Positions 11,199-24,965 of a stretch of DNA of 64,000 nt are shown in pieces. The notes below the pieces were generated by a model. The model was not told the origin of the DNA. It worked only from the letters and a program-made list of their open reading frames with translations, and did no database searches. A program made the translations under genes and the position numbers. Source of the stretch: Squalus acanthias (Eukaryota); contig CM059425.1 in the NCBI GenBank assembly GCA_030390025.1, positions 169,386,001-169,450,000 on the forward strand, given 5' to 3'. How positions within the stretch are numbered: position 1 is the first letter of the stretch; every line of letters begins with the position of its first letter.

Positions 11199-13104
11199 TA
11201 AGAACATAAGAACATAAGAAATAGGAGCAGGAGTAGGCCATTTGGCCCTTTGAGCCTACTCCGCCATTCAATGAGATCATGGCTGATCTTCTGCCTCAAC
11301 TCCATTCACCGGCCCCATCGCCATATCCCTTGATGCCCTTACTAGTCAGAAATCTATCGACTTCTGTTTTGAATATACCCAATGACTGAGCCTCCACAGC
11401 CCTCTGGGGTAGAGAATTCCATAGATTCACCACCCTCTGTGTAAAGAAATTTCTTCTCATCTCAGTCCTGAATGGCCTACCTTTATCCTGAGGCTGTGGC
11501 CCCTGGTTCTAGACTCCCCAGCCAAGGGAAACATTCTCCCAGCATCCACCCTATCAAGCCCTGTAATAATTTTATATGCTTCAATGAGATCCCCTCTCAT
11601 TCTTCTGAATTCAAGAGAATACAGGCCTAGTTTACTCAATCTCTTCTCATACGACAGTCCCGCCATCCCAGGTATCAATCTCGTGAACCTTCGTTGCACT
11701 TCCTCTATGGCAAGTATATCCTTCCTTAGGTAAGGAGACCAAAATTGTACACAGTACTCCAGGTGTGGTCTCCCCAAGGCCCTATATAATTGGAGTAAGA
11801 CTTCTTTACTCCTGTACTCAAATCCTCTTGTAATGAAGGCCAGCGTACCATTTGCCTTCCTAATAGCTTGCTGCACCTGCACATTCACTTTCAGTGACTC
11901 ATGTACAAGGACACCCAGGTCCCTTTGAGCATCTGCATTCCCCAATCTTTCACCATTTAGGAAATACTCTGCCTTTCTGTTTTTTCTACTGAAGTGGATA
12001 ACTTCACATTTATCCACATTATATTCCATCTGCCATGTTCTCGCCCACTCACTGAGTCTGTTGAGATCCCCTTGAAGCCTCTTCACACCCTCTTCACAAC
12101 TAACACTGCCACCTAGCTTTGTATCATCAGCAAATTTGGAAATGTTACATTTAGTCCCCTCATCCAAATCATTGATATAGATTGTGAATAGCTGGGGCCC
12201 AAGCACCGATCCTTGCGGTACCCCACTAGTCACAGCCTGCCATCCTGAAAAAGACCCATTTATCCCTACTCTTTGTTTTCTGTCTGTTAACCAATTCTCA
12301 ATCCATGCTAGTATATTACCCCCAATTCCATGTGCCCTAATTTTGTTCACCAACCTCTTGTGTGGGACCTTATCGAAGACCTTCTGAAAATCCAGATACA
12401 CCACATCCCCTTTGTCTACTCCACTAGTTACATCCTCAAAGAACTCCAATAGGTTTGTCAAACATGATTTCCCTTTCATAAATCCATGTTGACTCTGCCC
12501 AATCTTATTATTAGTTTCTAAGTGCCTAGTTATTGCATCCTTTATAATAGATTCCAGCATTTTCCCAACTACTGATGTGAGGCTAACAGGTCTGCAATTC
12601 CCCATTTTCTCTCCCCCTCCTTTCTTAAATAGTGGGGTTACATTTGCTATCCTCCAATCTGCAGGAACCGTTCCAGAATCTATAGAATTTTGGAAGATGA
12701 CAACCAATGCGTCCACTATCCCAATGGCCACCTCTTTCAAAACCCTAGGATGTAGGTCATCCGGTCCTTGGGATTTATCGACTTTTAGTCTCATTAATTT
12801 TGCTAGTTTTTTTACTAATAATAATTTCTTTAAGTTCCTCATTCTCGCCACACCCATGGTTTTCTCATATTTCTGGGAGGTTTTTTGTGTCTTCCTCTGT
12901 GAAGACAGAAACAAAGTATTTATTTAATTTCTCTGCCATTTCCTCATTCCCCATTATAAATTCTCCCGTCTCTGACTGTAAAGGACCTACATTTACCTTC
13001 GCCAGTCTTTTCCTTTTCACATACCTATAGAAGCTTTTACAATCCGTTTTTATACTTTTCGCTAGTTTGTGCTCATATTCCATTTTCCCTTTCTTTATCA
13101 ATTT
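11199..13104 (-). mobile_element. CR1 LINE, 5'-truncated, with RT-containing ORF2 remnant (11457-12914 plus frameshifted 12865-13100)
   Basis: RT motifs QHGFMKGKSCLTNL, VYLDFQK, SGVPQGSVLGP and FADDTKL. (aagaacat)n tail. Confidence 0.95.
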
Positions 13105-13137
13105 ATGATGCAATATCAGATGTGCCATTTATTGGAA

Positions 13138-13873
13138 GGTTGGGTAGTGCAGTGGGTTGAGTGCTGGACTCCAAAGCAGAAAGTCTTCGGTTTAAGAACA
13201 TAAGAACATAAGAAATATGAGCAGGAGTAGGCCATTCGGCCCCTTGAGCCTGCTCCACCATTCAGTAAGATCATGGCTGATCTTCGACCTCAATTCCACT
13301 TTCCTGCACTATCCCCATAGTCCCTTGATTCCCTTAATATCCAAAAATCAATCGATCTCTGTCTTGAATATACTCAATGACTGAGCCTCCTCAGTCCTCT
13401 GGGGTAGAGAATACCAAAGATTCACCACCCTCTGAATGAAGAAATTTCTCCTCATCTCAGTCCTAAATGGCCGACCCCTTATTCTGAGACTGTGACCCCT
13501 GGTTCTAGACTCCCCAGCCAGGAGAAACATCCTCCCTGCATCTACCCTGTCAAGCCCTGTAAGAATTTTGTATGTTTCAATGAGATCATCTCTCATTCTT
13601 CTAAACTCCAGAGAATATAGGCCTAGTGAACTCACTCTGTCCTCATAGGACAATCCCCCCATCCCAGGAATCAGTCTGGTGAACCTATGTTGCACTCCCT
13701 CTATGGCAAGTATATCCTTCCTTAGGTAAGGAGACCAAAACTGTACATAATACTCCAGGTGTGGTCTCACCAGGGCCCTATATAATTGCAGTAAGATGTC
13801 TTTACTCTTATACTCAAATCCTCTTGTAATAAAGGCCAACATACCATTTGCTTTCCTAGGTTTAAACCCCAAC
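13138..13873 (+). pseudogene. tRNA(Trp)-like pseudogene or SINE head split by a CR1 insertion
   Basis: Joining the flanks gives gttgggtagtgcagtgggttgagtgctggactccaaagcagaaagtcttcggtttaaaccccaac, with A-box-like, CCA-loop and B-box-like parts. GGTTTAA is duplicated at 13189-13195 and 13859-13865. Confidence 0.45.
13196..13858 (-). mobile_element. CR1 LINE 3' fragment with 7-bp TSD
   Basis: ORF 13348-13902 reads LYRALVRPHLEY...RNFFIQRVVNLW. Confidence 0.93.
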
Positions 13874-14040
13874 AGGATACACTCCGGTTTGCATCCTTTC
13901 AAGTTGTATTAAATGATTATCACGTCTTAGGATATGGGGAGTAAACAGGAGAATGTAAGATCTGATATTAGAGTGTTGCTGTATCTTCTAGCTGCTTGGG
14001 AATGGAAACAAGGATCTGTGCTGCACTCAGTAGACATTTT

Positions 14041-14148
14041 GGGGTGAATTTCTGCAGGGGTTCACCTGCTCAGCGAGCCAGAATTTCAGCAGAAGAGCCA
14101 TGGAAACCCGAGAAAAGTGGCAGGAGAGCCCCCTTACAAATTTACTCC
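14041..14148. repeat. Short degenerate MITE
   Basis: Inverted ends ggggtgaatttctgcaggggttc ... gagcccccttacaaatttactcc. Confidence 0.45.
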
Positions 14149-15291
14149 AGCTCATACTTAATGACAACTGACTCCCATAACTTCCCTCTCAATTTATCAA
14201 AAATAGTCATCAATTGAAACCAGTGCATATATGTAGAATCCTAAAAAAGACAGGCAGTGCTAATTTGATAATTGATTGTACCTTAAAAATGATCAGGTTC
14301 ATCTGTAGTCGATTAGTCTTTGAGTAATCAACGCGTATTCCAATCTTACTGGGAGCCAGCTGCTGCCTGACTAATGGGATGTGCATTGTACAAATGTGCA
14401 ATTAATTGGCATGCATCTGTTTCTTAATGTACTTAATGCACTGGTCAAGCATTTTCTACATTACTTTCACTAGTAACTTGTGTTGAGATTGATAAGATGC
14501 AATGGAGGGCTCTCCCTATGAGGCAAAATCTTTTACTGGGTTGCTTTTTATCTTTCACATCATCCACATTACAGGTATATATGCACTATAACAACTAATT
14601 GATTTTGACAATAGTCCAATCGATAATTAATCAAAGAACATGTTGTTGTATGAAGTTACACCACCAGGCTTAATGGAGGAAATAGCTTAGAATTTGGACA
14701 ATGAAGTTTGGGGAAGGAAAGACGGAGAAGCAGAATAAATAGATTTATTAAAGGTATCTGAGGTACAGTATTGACATTTAGACTGCATTTCTCCTCCACG
14801 ATCCTGCCTGATTTTGGGTGGAATTGCAGCAAAGAATGCAGGAAAATGCAGGCAGTGATGCCTCCACTGCCTCACCTTTAATCATTATTTCCCTCTCCCT
14901 GTCCCCAATGGGACCATCGCCAGCCTCGCCTTCTCTGCCTGCAGCATGTAAATGTCAGCGGGAGCTGGGGACATGGGTCCCAGGTGGATTTTCCTCCCTT
15001 TCGACAGTCCTGCTCCAACGCTGCTGGGAATTTGTAGCAGGCAGTGGGAATCCCACTTGGAGCCTGCCATAGATGGGTGATGAACCCCAACCCAGTTGCT
15101 GGCGGTGTTGGGAGGAGGGGGGGATGATGTGGGCAGAGAATCTACCCAGCCAGAACATCACTGTCGTTAGGACAATCATGCCCTTAATGCAAGCTTGAAA
15201 AAAGAGAAATTCCAATGTTGTTTTTACCCACAGGTAGAATCCTATTTGCTATTCAAGTTTAAATTCTACTTCCAAAGTACAAATTTCAATT

Positions 15292-17298
15292 ACATAAGAA
15301 CATAAGAAATAGGAGCAGAAGTTGGCCATATGGCTCCTCAAGCCTGCTCCGCCATTCAATAAGATCATGGCTGATCTTTGACCTCAACTTCACTTTCCCG
15401 CCCTATCTTCATATCCCTTGATTCCCCTAGAGTCCAAAAATCTATCTATCTCAGCCTTGAATGTACTCAAAGACTCAGCATTCACAGCCCTTTGGGACAG
15501 AGAATTCCAAAGATTCACAACCCTCTGAGTGAAAAAATTCCTCCTCATCTCGGTCTTAAATGGCCTACCCCTTAATCTGAGACTATGCCCCCTAGTTCTA
15601 GACACTCCAGCCAGGGGAAACAACCTCACAACATCTAGCCTATCAATCCCCTTCAGAATCTTGTATGTTTCAATGAGATCAGCTCTCATTCTTCTAAACT
15701 CCAGAGAGCATAAGCCCATTCTACACAATCTCTCATCATAGGACAGCCCTCTCATCCCAGGAATCAATCTAAGGAACCTTTGTTGCACCGGTTCCAAGGC
15801 AAGTATATCCTTCCTTAGATAAGGAGACCAAAACTGTGCACAGTACTCCAGGTGTGGTCTCACCAAGGCCCTGTACAATTGTAGCAAGACTTCCTTACTC
15901 TTATACTGCAACCCCCTTGCAATAAAGGCCAACATGCCATTTTCCTTCCTTATTGCTTGCTGTACCTGCATGCGAGCTTTCTGGGTTTCTTACACAAGGA
16001 CACCCAAATCTCTCTGAACACCAACATTTGAAAGTTTCTCACCATTTAAAAAATATTCTGTTTTTCTATTCTTCCTACCAAAATGAATAACCTCACATTT
16101 CCCTACATTATACTCCATCTGCCATCTTACTGCCCACTCACTTAGTCTATCTATATCCCTTTGCAGATTCTTTGTGTTCTCCTCACAGCTTACTGTCCCA
16201 CCTAGCTTTGTATCATGAGCAAACTTGGATACATTACACTCGGTCCCTTCATCTAGGTCATTAATATAGATTGTAAATAGCTGAGGCCCAAGCACTGATC
16301 CTTGTGGCACCCGACTAGTTACAGCCTGCCAACCTGAAAAATATCCGTTTATCCGTACTCTCTGTTTTCTGTCCGTTAACCAATCCTCTATCCATGCTAC
16401 TATATTACCTCCAACCCCATGAGCCCTAATCTTGTGTAATAACCTTTTGTGTGGCACCTTATCGAATGCCTTTTGGAAATCCAAATATACTACATCCATT
16501 GGTTCATCTTTATCTACCCTGCTAGTTACATCCTCAAAAGGCTCTAATAAATTTGTCAAACACGATTTCCCTTTCATAAAACCATGTTGACTCTGCCTAA
16601 TCATGTTATGATTTTCTAAGTGCCCTGATACCACTTCCTTAACAATGGATTCCAGCATTTTCCCGATGACTGATGTCAGGCTAACTGGCCTGTAGTTCCC
16701 TGTTTTCTCTCTCCCTCCTTTCTTGAATAGCGGTGTTACATTTGCGACCTTCCAATCTGCTGGGACCGTTCTAGAATCTAGGGAATTTTGGAAGATAAAA
16801 ACCAATGTATCCACTATCTCTTCAGCCACCTCTTTTAGAACCTTAGGATGTAAGCCGTCAGGTCCAGGGGATTTGTCAGCTTTTAGTCCCATTAGTTTCT
16901 CTAGTACTTTTTCTCTACTTATATTAATTACGTTAAGTTCCTCACCCTCATTAGACTCTTGGTTCCCCACCATTTTTGGTATGCTTTTTGTGTCTTCTAC
17001 TGTGAAGACAGATACAAAATATTTGTTTAACATTTCTGCCATTTCCTTATTCCCCATAATAATTTCTCCTGTCTCAGCCTCTAAGGGACCAATGTTTACT
17101 TCTGCTACTCTCTTCCTTTTTACATACTTGTAGAAGCTCTTACAATCTGCTTTTATATTTCTTGCTAGTTTTCTCTCATTCTATTTTTTCCCTTTTTATC
17201 AATTTTTTGGTCAACCTTTGCTGGTTTCTGAAACTGCTCTATTGCCTTGACCTTTCTCTTTAGATTTCTAAATTTCCCCTCACCTGACCCCTCCCCCA
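15292..17298 (-). mobile_element. CR1 LINE with RT region; endonuclease region deleted (junction near 17233)
   Basis: ORFs 15990-17057 and 15390-15971 carry RT motifs. 17234-17298 matches 58187-58250 of the sister CR1. Confidence 0.93.
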
Positions 17299-19077
17299 CT
17301 TTCAATTACTTGCACAACCAATTCTAATTTCCAACTAATAAAACTGTGGAAGGTGTCTCAAAATGGAAGCAATGTTAACAAAATGCCAGTTACACTGGAA
17401 GGAATGGAGGAAGATGGTAAATTCAGAGGGAAGGCCTACTGCTGGATCCTTGCTCCTAAAACTGACACAGGTTGGAGTGTATGTCCTTGAGCATGTGAGG
17501 TGATGCTCCAAGTTTCCAATGAAGCTTGAGTGTAGGCTGTGTAATATGGCCAGGGAAATAAAGCTGCTTTTGGTTAATGCGCCTCGTTCAAAAGTATTGT
17601 AAATAAAACCAAAATGTGCCTCCATAATTAATGTAATAAGGAATGCACCACTGAATGATAGGATTTCGGCTGACCTGTGATTTCCTATGTTTCCAATCTC
17701 AGCCAATTTGATTGGGGAACCAACCATGCACTTTCCCAGAGGATAAATCAGGGTGTGACCCAACCCAAGTGACATTTATAACATGGAAAAGGGCAGGGAT
17801 GAAAATATTAGAAAAAGAATAAAAAATTAAACTGATGAATTAAATCAATGTTGACTGATCATATAGACTAAATAACTTGGAGAATAATTATTCTACCTGT
17901 ATTGGCATTTAACTGAAAATAAATACTAATTCTATTGTACAATGTAACTTGGTTCTGTGAATGTTTTCAATTACATTGTGCATGGATTGTAAGCTGAAGC
18001 CTTTTATATAACAGCAGGCCCTCATTCAATCTGCCTTTGAATTTTGAACTTTGCAGCAATTGTGAACTCCCCAGCGTTGAATTGGTTTCATATATTAAGC
18101 AATAAACTCTGGGACTTCAGGCGATAACTTCTCAGGAAGGAAAAATAAATCCATACTTGTTTACTCAGTCCACTCTTCCTATTAGTGCTGGGCTCCTGAA
18201 ACACATTGTAATCAGCAGCACTGTGAGTTCAAGCCATATATAAATGGAACCAATTTCCCTTGACTTTATACAGTCACAGACTGTTTTAAGTCTGTAGGGG
18301 CAACAAAATTAGATAAAAAATTATACTAACTTTCAAAATTAACAAGAAGCCTAATTGAATGTCTGCAGAACCAATAAAAATGAAAAATAAATATAAATAT
18401 ATGTTCGAGCAATACTATACAGATACTATGCAGCTACAGTCAAGCCTGCTTGTGTGTAAGTCCAATTTCCAAAGCAAAACATTGCATACAAGTTGGAGAC
18501 ATATCAATTTTCCAACGATTTGTTCCCCATTCCCTGAGCTGCCTGGCTGCTGCTATCAGTTACCAGTGCTGGAATTCAGCGCTATTCCTTTTCTTTCTCA
18601 AGAAGCAAAAAATGCAGAGGAACGTTATTAGGAGATGGATGTTGTCCCCACCTCCATAATGTAACTTAAAAAAATCTCAACTATCTGTAATGTTATTGGA
18701 CCCTTCTCATTCACTACAGGGAGGCTGTTGGTCATTGAGAACAAGAGCAATCCTGGTTCTTGGCCCCACAAACTTATAGTGGTAGCACAGGGCTCCAGAA
18801 AATACAGTGGAAATACTAAAGGTAGACTGGTGTTTGGAGTGGAAGCACAGAGGACAAACTGGCTAGGATGATGAATGGGAAGCAGATGCAGTTTACTTGT
18901 ATAATTGCAGAATTTATATAAACAAAATCAAAAAATATACTGCAATTCATATTTCTATGAGAATGCAAAATTGTTGTACAGGATTTGTGTACAAGCAAGT
19001 TACATACAATTGAACCTGACTATATATTCAAGGCATTATTTTATTCAATATGTGGTAGGTCCTGACTCTTTTTTACA

Positions 19078-19505
19078 ATAATATTTATATCATGCCTTTC
19101 ATGTAACAAACAATCCCAAGGTGCTTTACAAGGGAGGAGTGGACTGAGCAAGAAGTGGGAGAGAATTGAGGGGAACTGACCAAAAGCACAGCCAAAGAGG
19201 TAGGTTATGAGGAAGTTTCTGAAAGTGGGGAAAGAGATAACAAGGTGAAGAAGCTTTGGAAGAGAACCACAAAATTCAGGGTGGCTCTGTGAGTTACAGT
19301 GGAGCAGGGGAAGGAATGCATTTTAGGCCAGAGTTAGAAAATTAAGGAATGCAAGCTGGGATGCAGTGCTTCAGAAGATTTCAGAGATAGAGTGGAGTGA
19401 GGCCATGGAGGAACTTGGAAGTTGATACATTGGGGGCTACGTGGCATTGAAGGTTGATGAGGACAGAAGTGATGGGTGTGTGAGAATTTGTGCGGCATAG
19501 GATTA
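19078..19505 (-). mobile_element. Old degenerate L2 fragment
   Basis: An L2-type tail (atttatatcatgcctttc...cccaaggtgctttaca) followed by a purine-rich L2-like body. Confidence 0.55.
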
Positions 19506-20687
19506 AAGGCACAAATTTATTGTGTTATAGCAATATTATCTTGTTACTCAAGTAGGCTTTTGACTTTCTATGTAAAGACTATTCAGTGGAGGACTGGGAA
19601 TATAGAAATTGCTTCATAAGTGTAGGACAATTGATAATCATAAGGGACAAAGTCATAAGTTGTCCTCATGCATGAAAACAATTTTTGTATTATACAGTTG
19701 CCCAATTAGTATTTGCTCTCGTCACTCATCTATAATTAGCCTGTGCATTGGGTATGGTGTGCGTCCATGGCAGCTGCGCTGCTCACCATGCTGTTCATGA
19801 GATATCTGCTGTCTGTTCACAGTTGCTCAAACTCACACTTCTCAGTTGTCTAATGACCAATTAGCAACTACCCTTCTTGAGAGAGTTAAGTGGGGTCTTG
19901 TACAAGTTGAAGTGGCCCTAAAATGACAAGCCTGGCAATGGACGATTGCGACTGAGTTAACCCATTGTGGTAGTCTTGGTAATCTGATACCTGAGGCAGG
20001 CTAATCTGCAGTCCTTCAGGGCACTGCTACGAGTGATCTGGAGGAGTAGATTGAGAGCTAGGATTCTTCCCACTCGACTCCAACAACTTAACATGTTGGA
20101 TGGTCCTGTTGGGAAGCTTGTCAGGGCTCAGTGCTGGTAAGCTGTATGGTTTTAGCTGGTCAAGCTCCAGCAATATTCTTGCACGTAATTTGTGGTCCCT
20201 GAGCCTTGCTTTTTCCTTGCTTTAGCAAAGTGAGATGTGCACGTACATGAAGCAGGTATATGCAAACAGAAAATCTATCAGTTCGGATTTCTTGGTAGAC
20301 TTTTAATCATGGTGATCAGTTTCCATTTTGCTGTCAGACGCACAGATGACAAAAAAAAAATAGAATTAGCAAAACAATGTGAGTTTCTTTTACAGTGTTT
20401 AGTTTCATAAGAGTTAATCTTAAAAGATATTAGGGCAATATTTATTTTCCCCATAAACATGGTGCTTGCCAGGAACAAGTGAGAGGAAGCTGCGGGATTT
20501 GAACAGAGCAGCATATTACCCAATCGCTGTCCATTGTGTGCAGATTCTTTTAAGTATTATACTAACACGCATGAGTTCATTCAGTTTGCTCTTATGATAT
20601 AGGCAATAGCAGTCAGGTCAATTCAAGCAGATAGGAAGTGACTGCTTAAAGACGCTCCAGCTGCATTTATCCTATGATCACTTAAAA

Positions 20688-20877
20688 GGGCTGATTTCCT
20701 GATCGTGCACTCCAGGCAAGAAGTGGTGCTTACAGTGGGTGCTGGTCAGGAAATCACAGGCCCACAGCCTCGGACTTTCTGACCATTTAAGTTACTCAGG
20801 GCTGTAGGCCTGGAAAGTTCCTGACCAGCACTCACTGTGAACATTGTTTCCCGCTGGAAGCGTTCGATCAGGGAAAG
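20688..20877. repeat. Palindromic MITE
   Basis: Nested inverted arms acagtgggtgctggtcaggaa / ttcctgaccagcactcactgt and cctgatcg / cgatcagg. Confidence 0.65.
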
Positions 20878-21327
20878 AATAGATTTCTGAGAGCTGGATC
20901 TCAGAATGTGTTTTTGGACAATTTGGCTGTTTTGCATTTTTATTTGCCTGGATTCTTGATGGCAACATTCTGGAAAATTCAGTTGTCTGCCTGAGGCCTC
21001 AGAGAGGCCAGAGAGGGAATCCGTCTACAATTAGTAACAAAGCCCATATAAAAGTTAATACTGAAGGACCTTGTGTTGGATGTAGTTTATGTAACAGTTG
21101 AGGATAGCTAATGCAACAGTTTGTTACTATAGGCTGACCATAGGTCCCCATTTTCCAGCCATAGGGGAAATTTTAACCTAAATAAACAGGTGGGTTGGGG
21201 GTGTGGGGGTAGTTAATGTGTTAAAAATTGGAATCCCGACCTGAACCCGCCTCCAATCCGCCCATTTCTGGTTTTAATGGAGGCAGGATGAGAGGTGGGA
21301 CGGGGCGGGCAGCCAACCCGCTGTTAG

Positions 21328-21767
21328 AAACATAGAAACATAGAAACTAGGAGCAGGAGTAGGCCATTCGGCCCGTCGAGCCTGCTCCACCATTCAATAC
21401 GATCATGGCTGATCATCCAAATCCAGTACCCTGTCCCTGCTTTCTCACACAGAATCCCCACATCGAGCCTGCACCTATCCCACCCTATCCCCGTAACCCC
21501 ACGTATTTAATTCCCCCTAACATATCCCATCCTATCCCCATAACCCCACATATTTAATCCCCCCCTAACACTAAGGGTCAATTTATCATAGCCAAATCAA
21601 CCTAACCCGCACATTTTTGGACTGTGGGAGGAAACCGGAGCACCCGGAGGAAACCCACGCAGACACGGGGAGAATGTGCAAACTCCACACAGACAGTCAC
21701 ACCGAGGTCAGATTCGAACCCGGGTCCCTGGCGCTGTGAAGCACCAGTGCTAACCACTATGCCACCG
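21328..21767 (-). mobile_element. Full-length HE1-like V-SINE (tRNA head, V-domain, CR1-derived tail)
   Basis: tRNA head with A and B boxes (rc tggcatagtgg / ggttcgaatc), V core gggaggaaaccggagcacccggaggaaacccacgcagacacggggagaatgtgcaaactccacacag, (agaaacat)n tail, TGTTAG TSD. Confidence 0.9.
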
Positions 21768-21959
21768 TGTTAGGAGGCGGGCCATCTATTTAAATATTAT
21801 AATGAGGCTGGAAGCCTCTTCTTTAGCCTCCATTTTGTGTTTAACTGTAGCTGGTCGGGTTTTGCACACCTCGTAAAACTCGCCAGCTACAGCAAGACGA
21901 GGACTGCTGGATCCAGGAGGTAAGTGATTTTACACTTACCTCCTGGATCCAGGGTCCCT

Positions 21960-22440
21960 TCCTAACCCACCCCCCGCAATTGGAGACCCGCCCCCCCCCC
22001 AGGTCTCCGATTTCCCTCCCCCCAGGCTACCAATCACCCCCCAGGCCTCCGATCCCGCCACGAAGCCTCCCCCCCCCCCCCCCAGGCCTCCGATTTCACC
22101 CCCCCCCCCAGGCCACCAAATCCCCCCTCAGGCCTCCGATCCCTCCATGAGGTCTCCCCCTCAGGCCGCCGATCCCTCCATGAGGCCTCCTCCCCCAGGC
22201 CTACGATCCCCCCTCCTCTGGCCCGTGCTGCTCCTCCAGCCCCCAATCCTCTTCGGACCTCCCCCTCCATCCCCCTCCGGCCCCCAACTCTCTTTGGACC
22301 CATGTTGATCTTCTCCCAATCCATTTTGGATGCCACCCGATCTTCGCCCGGCCCCCAATCCACTTCAGAGACACCCCCGATCTTCTCCCAACCCCTGACC
22401 GCTCGATCTTCTCCCACCACAACCCCCACATGATCCCTCA
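21960..22440. repeat. C-rich degenerate tandem array inside the element
   Basis: Recurrent caggcctccgatccc / ccgatctt units separated by C runs. Confidence 0.7.
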
Positions 22441-22869
22441 CTCACTCCTCATGCGGCCTAGTGCCACAGACATACCTGCCCGGAACCAGCCAGCCTCTCA
22501 ACCTGGCTGGCTGCGGGTGGGAAACAGAGGCTTCCCATTCAAATCATACCCTGCTGTTAAAATCAGCAGAGCCTGTGGGAAACCTGTTCTCCTGGGTTTC
22601 CCGACCACCTTGGAGCCCCCCCACCCCCAACCCACCTTTCCCCATTAAAATTCAGCCCATAAAACTCGCAACTGTCAGAATCTAGCCCCAGATTTAACTC
22701 AGTACAAATGTTGAAGGTTATTTTTGCCAGTAAAATTTGAGGGAGGAGCCAAGCTGCTTTCAAACAAACAAAATTTGTGTGATTTGTTCAGTTATTTATG
22801 TAACAGACAGTTACTTTTGAATGTGTTCAAGTTATTCAAATCTGGCAAATCCCAATAGCTTTTCTGGAG

Positions 22870-24631
22870 GGCCGGGGGGGAGGGTCAGCGGGTGCGATCG
22901 GTGGCGGGTCGGGTGGGAAAGTGTTTTTTTTCCCCAGCGGGTCAGAACCCCGCTGTGAACCCGCCGCCATGCGCCTTTCCCCGATGTCGGGTCTGTCGGC
23001 GCTGAGCAAACCCGACACGCAGCAGCGGTTTCACAGCTGGGGGACCCAATTCAGGTAATTAGTGGCTTCTTTAGAGCCACTTAAGAATTAATTTCAGCTC
23101 TCCTTCTACATTTGACAGCTCGCCCACAGGGTCCACGCTGGTCGTGGACCACGTCTGTCAAGCTGAGCTGGGAGTTCAGTGGCCATTGAATCAGCTGTTG
23201 AGTTGACAGCTTCAAATGTACAGTAAAAGCTCCCACCTTACAGAGATATCTTCCCTCAGTCACAAGCTCTTCCTCACTGCATTTCCACAACAGATTCACC
23301 ATGCTGCAAGTCTTTACACAAGTCTCCATCCAGTCTGACCTCATTACCTCTCCCACCATTGACAGACCGCTTCTGTCATCTCTATTTCACCTGCCATCTA
23401 TTCCATTAGCATGGGTGCCCTTTATACTCTCTCACCTTGGTCCTCAGAATCCCACCACAATCAGCCCCAACACCAGCAGCACCAGGCACACCAGCAGCAC
23501 CAACAACAACACCACCAACCTTCTCCACAGTCACCTGATGCTGCACAGGACAGAGGGCATCAGCACCCGACCACATTGCTGCCCGGCAGGCCAGGGATGG
23601 CCTCACCATGGCCAGATATACTTCACTTGACGCTGGACACCCTGGCTGCCACATGATGTGCCAGGTTGGCACCACCCCACAGCAACAGCATAAAGCTTCC
23701 CTACAATGTCCAAGCCATCCCTTTCACACTCATCACCATTGCGGGAGTACCGTTATGTCTCACCATTCACTGCAACTCACTCAGCCACTTCCAAAGGTGC
23801 ACACAAATCTGTCCAAGAACGCAAAGTGTTGAAAATAAAGGTTCCACATTAACAGAAACTTTAGATGAACATTGCATAAAACACCCAAGTGCCTACCCTT
23901 GTGTGTTGTTAGTTGGTATGATTGCATTAGGATGAGGGTGATTGTGAGGGGTGGCTAGTGAGATGGGGGTGTGATAATATAGATAGAGAGGGATGGGTGG
24001 AGGTCCAAGGTAAGTTGGTGTGAGTAAGGATGTGCAGGAGTAGGGTAGGGAAGGCAGAGTGATGGGGATGTGATGTGAGGCACAGCAGAATGAGGTTAAG
24101 TGTGGCTTTGTACTAACGTTTCGTGATCTACTGAGATCATTGAAAGGTTTGCGCCACTGCAGCCTGGTCCTCCTGACCACATCCCTGCTTGTGTCCTCCT
24201 GGGCAATGTGCAACCAGGCTGGTGGATCTCCTGGGGAGGTCTCTTCTGCCCATGGAAGGGAAGAGGAGCTCCCTGCATGCTGTGACTCCCTCCATAAGCA
24301 TATGGAGGGAGTCATGGGAGAGCCTGGGTGCAGCCCTGTGCCTTTGAGCAGTGATTGTCAGTGTTTGCAGCACCTCAATGCTGTAGAACACTGACAGCAG
24401 AACTGTCAAAATAAATTTGGACATGGTCCCTTTACGGAAACCGGCTGATGACTCGTCATCAAATGATGTCAGCAGACCCGCTTTCTCTAATTGGCTGGGA
24501 AACACACTGGGCGGGCTTAACAAGCCCAATCAGGGGAAATTCATTTCAGAGCGAGATGGAGCCAGCAGCTGATGGGACCCGCCACCGACGTCGCCCACCA
24601 CGGACCTGCTGAGGTTCGTAAAATCCCGGCC
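22870..24631. mobile_element. Non-autonomous Harbinger (family A-related, ~1.7 kb) retaining the transposase N-terminus (+) and Myb exon 1 remnant (-)
   Basis: Right TIR CGTAAAATCCCGGCC, GAG TSD. ORF 23411-23656 resembles 1511-1699. Inverted copy at 49038-50759. Confidence 0.9.
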
Positions 24632-24965
24632 GAGATATTTAAGCAGCGGTAGCTATTCAGATTTTTGAGTTTGAAATTTCTAAAGATATAGTTCAGATTA
24701 GCCTAGCTTCATCAGCGGTAAGAAATACAAGGAGAAAAGAAAGACAGCTTAATAAAAATTATTTACAAAAAGGTAGCTTAGCATTTAGACTTTTTATTGT
24801 TTTCCTTTCAAAAAGCCAGATAGAAAGATTTATATATATTGCTGTAGTATATTCATTTGGTCATCTTTTGTTAAATTATTTTGTTTAATTGTTTAAACTT
24901 AAAACTAGATCTAATGTTGTGATGCTCTACTGCTTATTGCAGAAGGGAGAGAGACCTGTGGAGGC

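Larger units (their letters stand above)
21164..22658. mobile_element. Non-autonomous Harbinger-like element containing a SINE and a C-rich array
   Basis: Ends GGGGAAATTTTAA / TTAAAATTCAGCCC, ATA TSD, GGCGGG/CCCGCC subterminal motifs. Inverted relative at 54279-54840. Confidence 0.8.

Noticed and set aside
20226..20255. Possible 30-nt host micro-exon after a pyrimidine tract and AG
   Set aside because: The donor (gtatat) is weak, the peptide is unrecognisable and no partner exons were found.
21700..21767. Functional tRNA gene
   Set aside because: This is the tRNA-derived head of a V-SINE.
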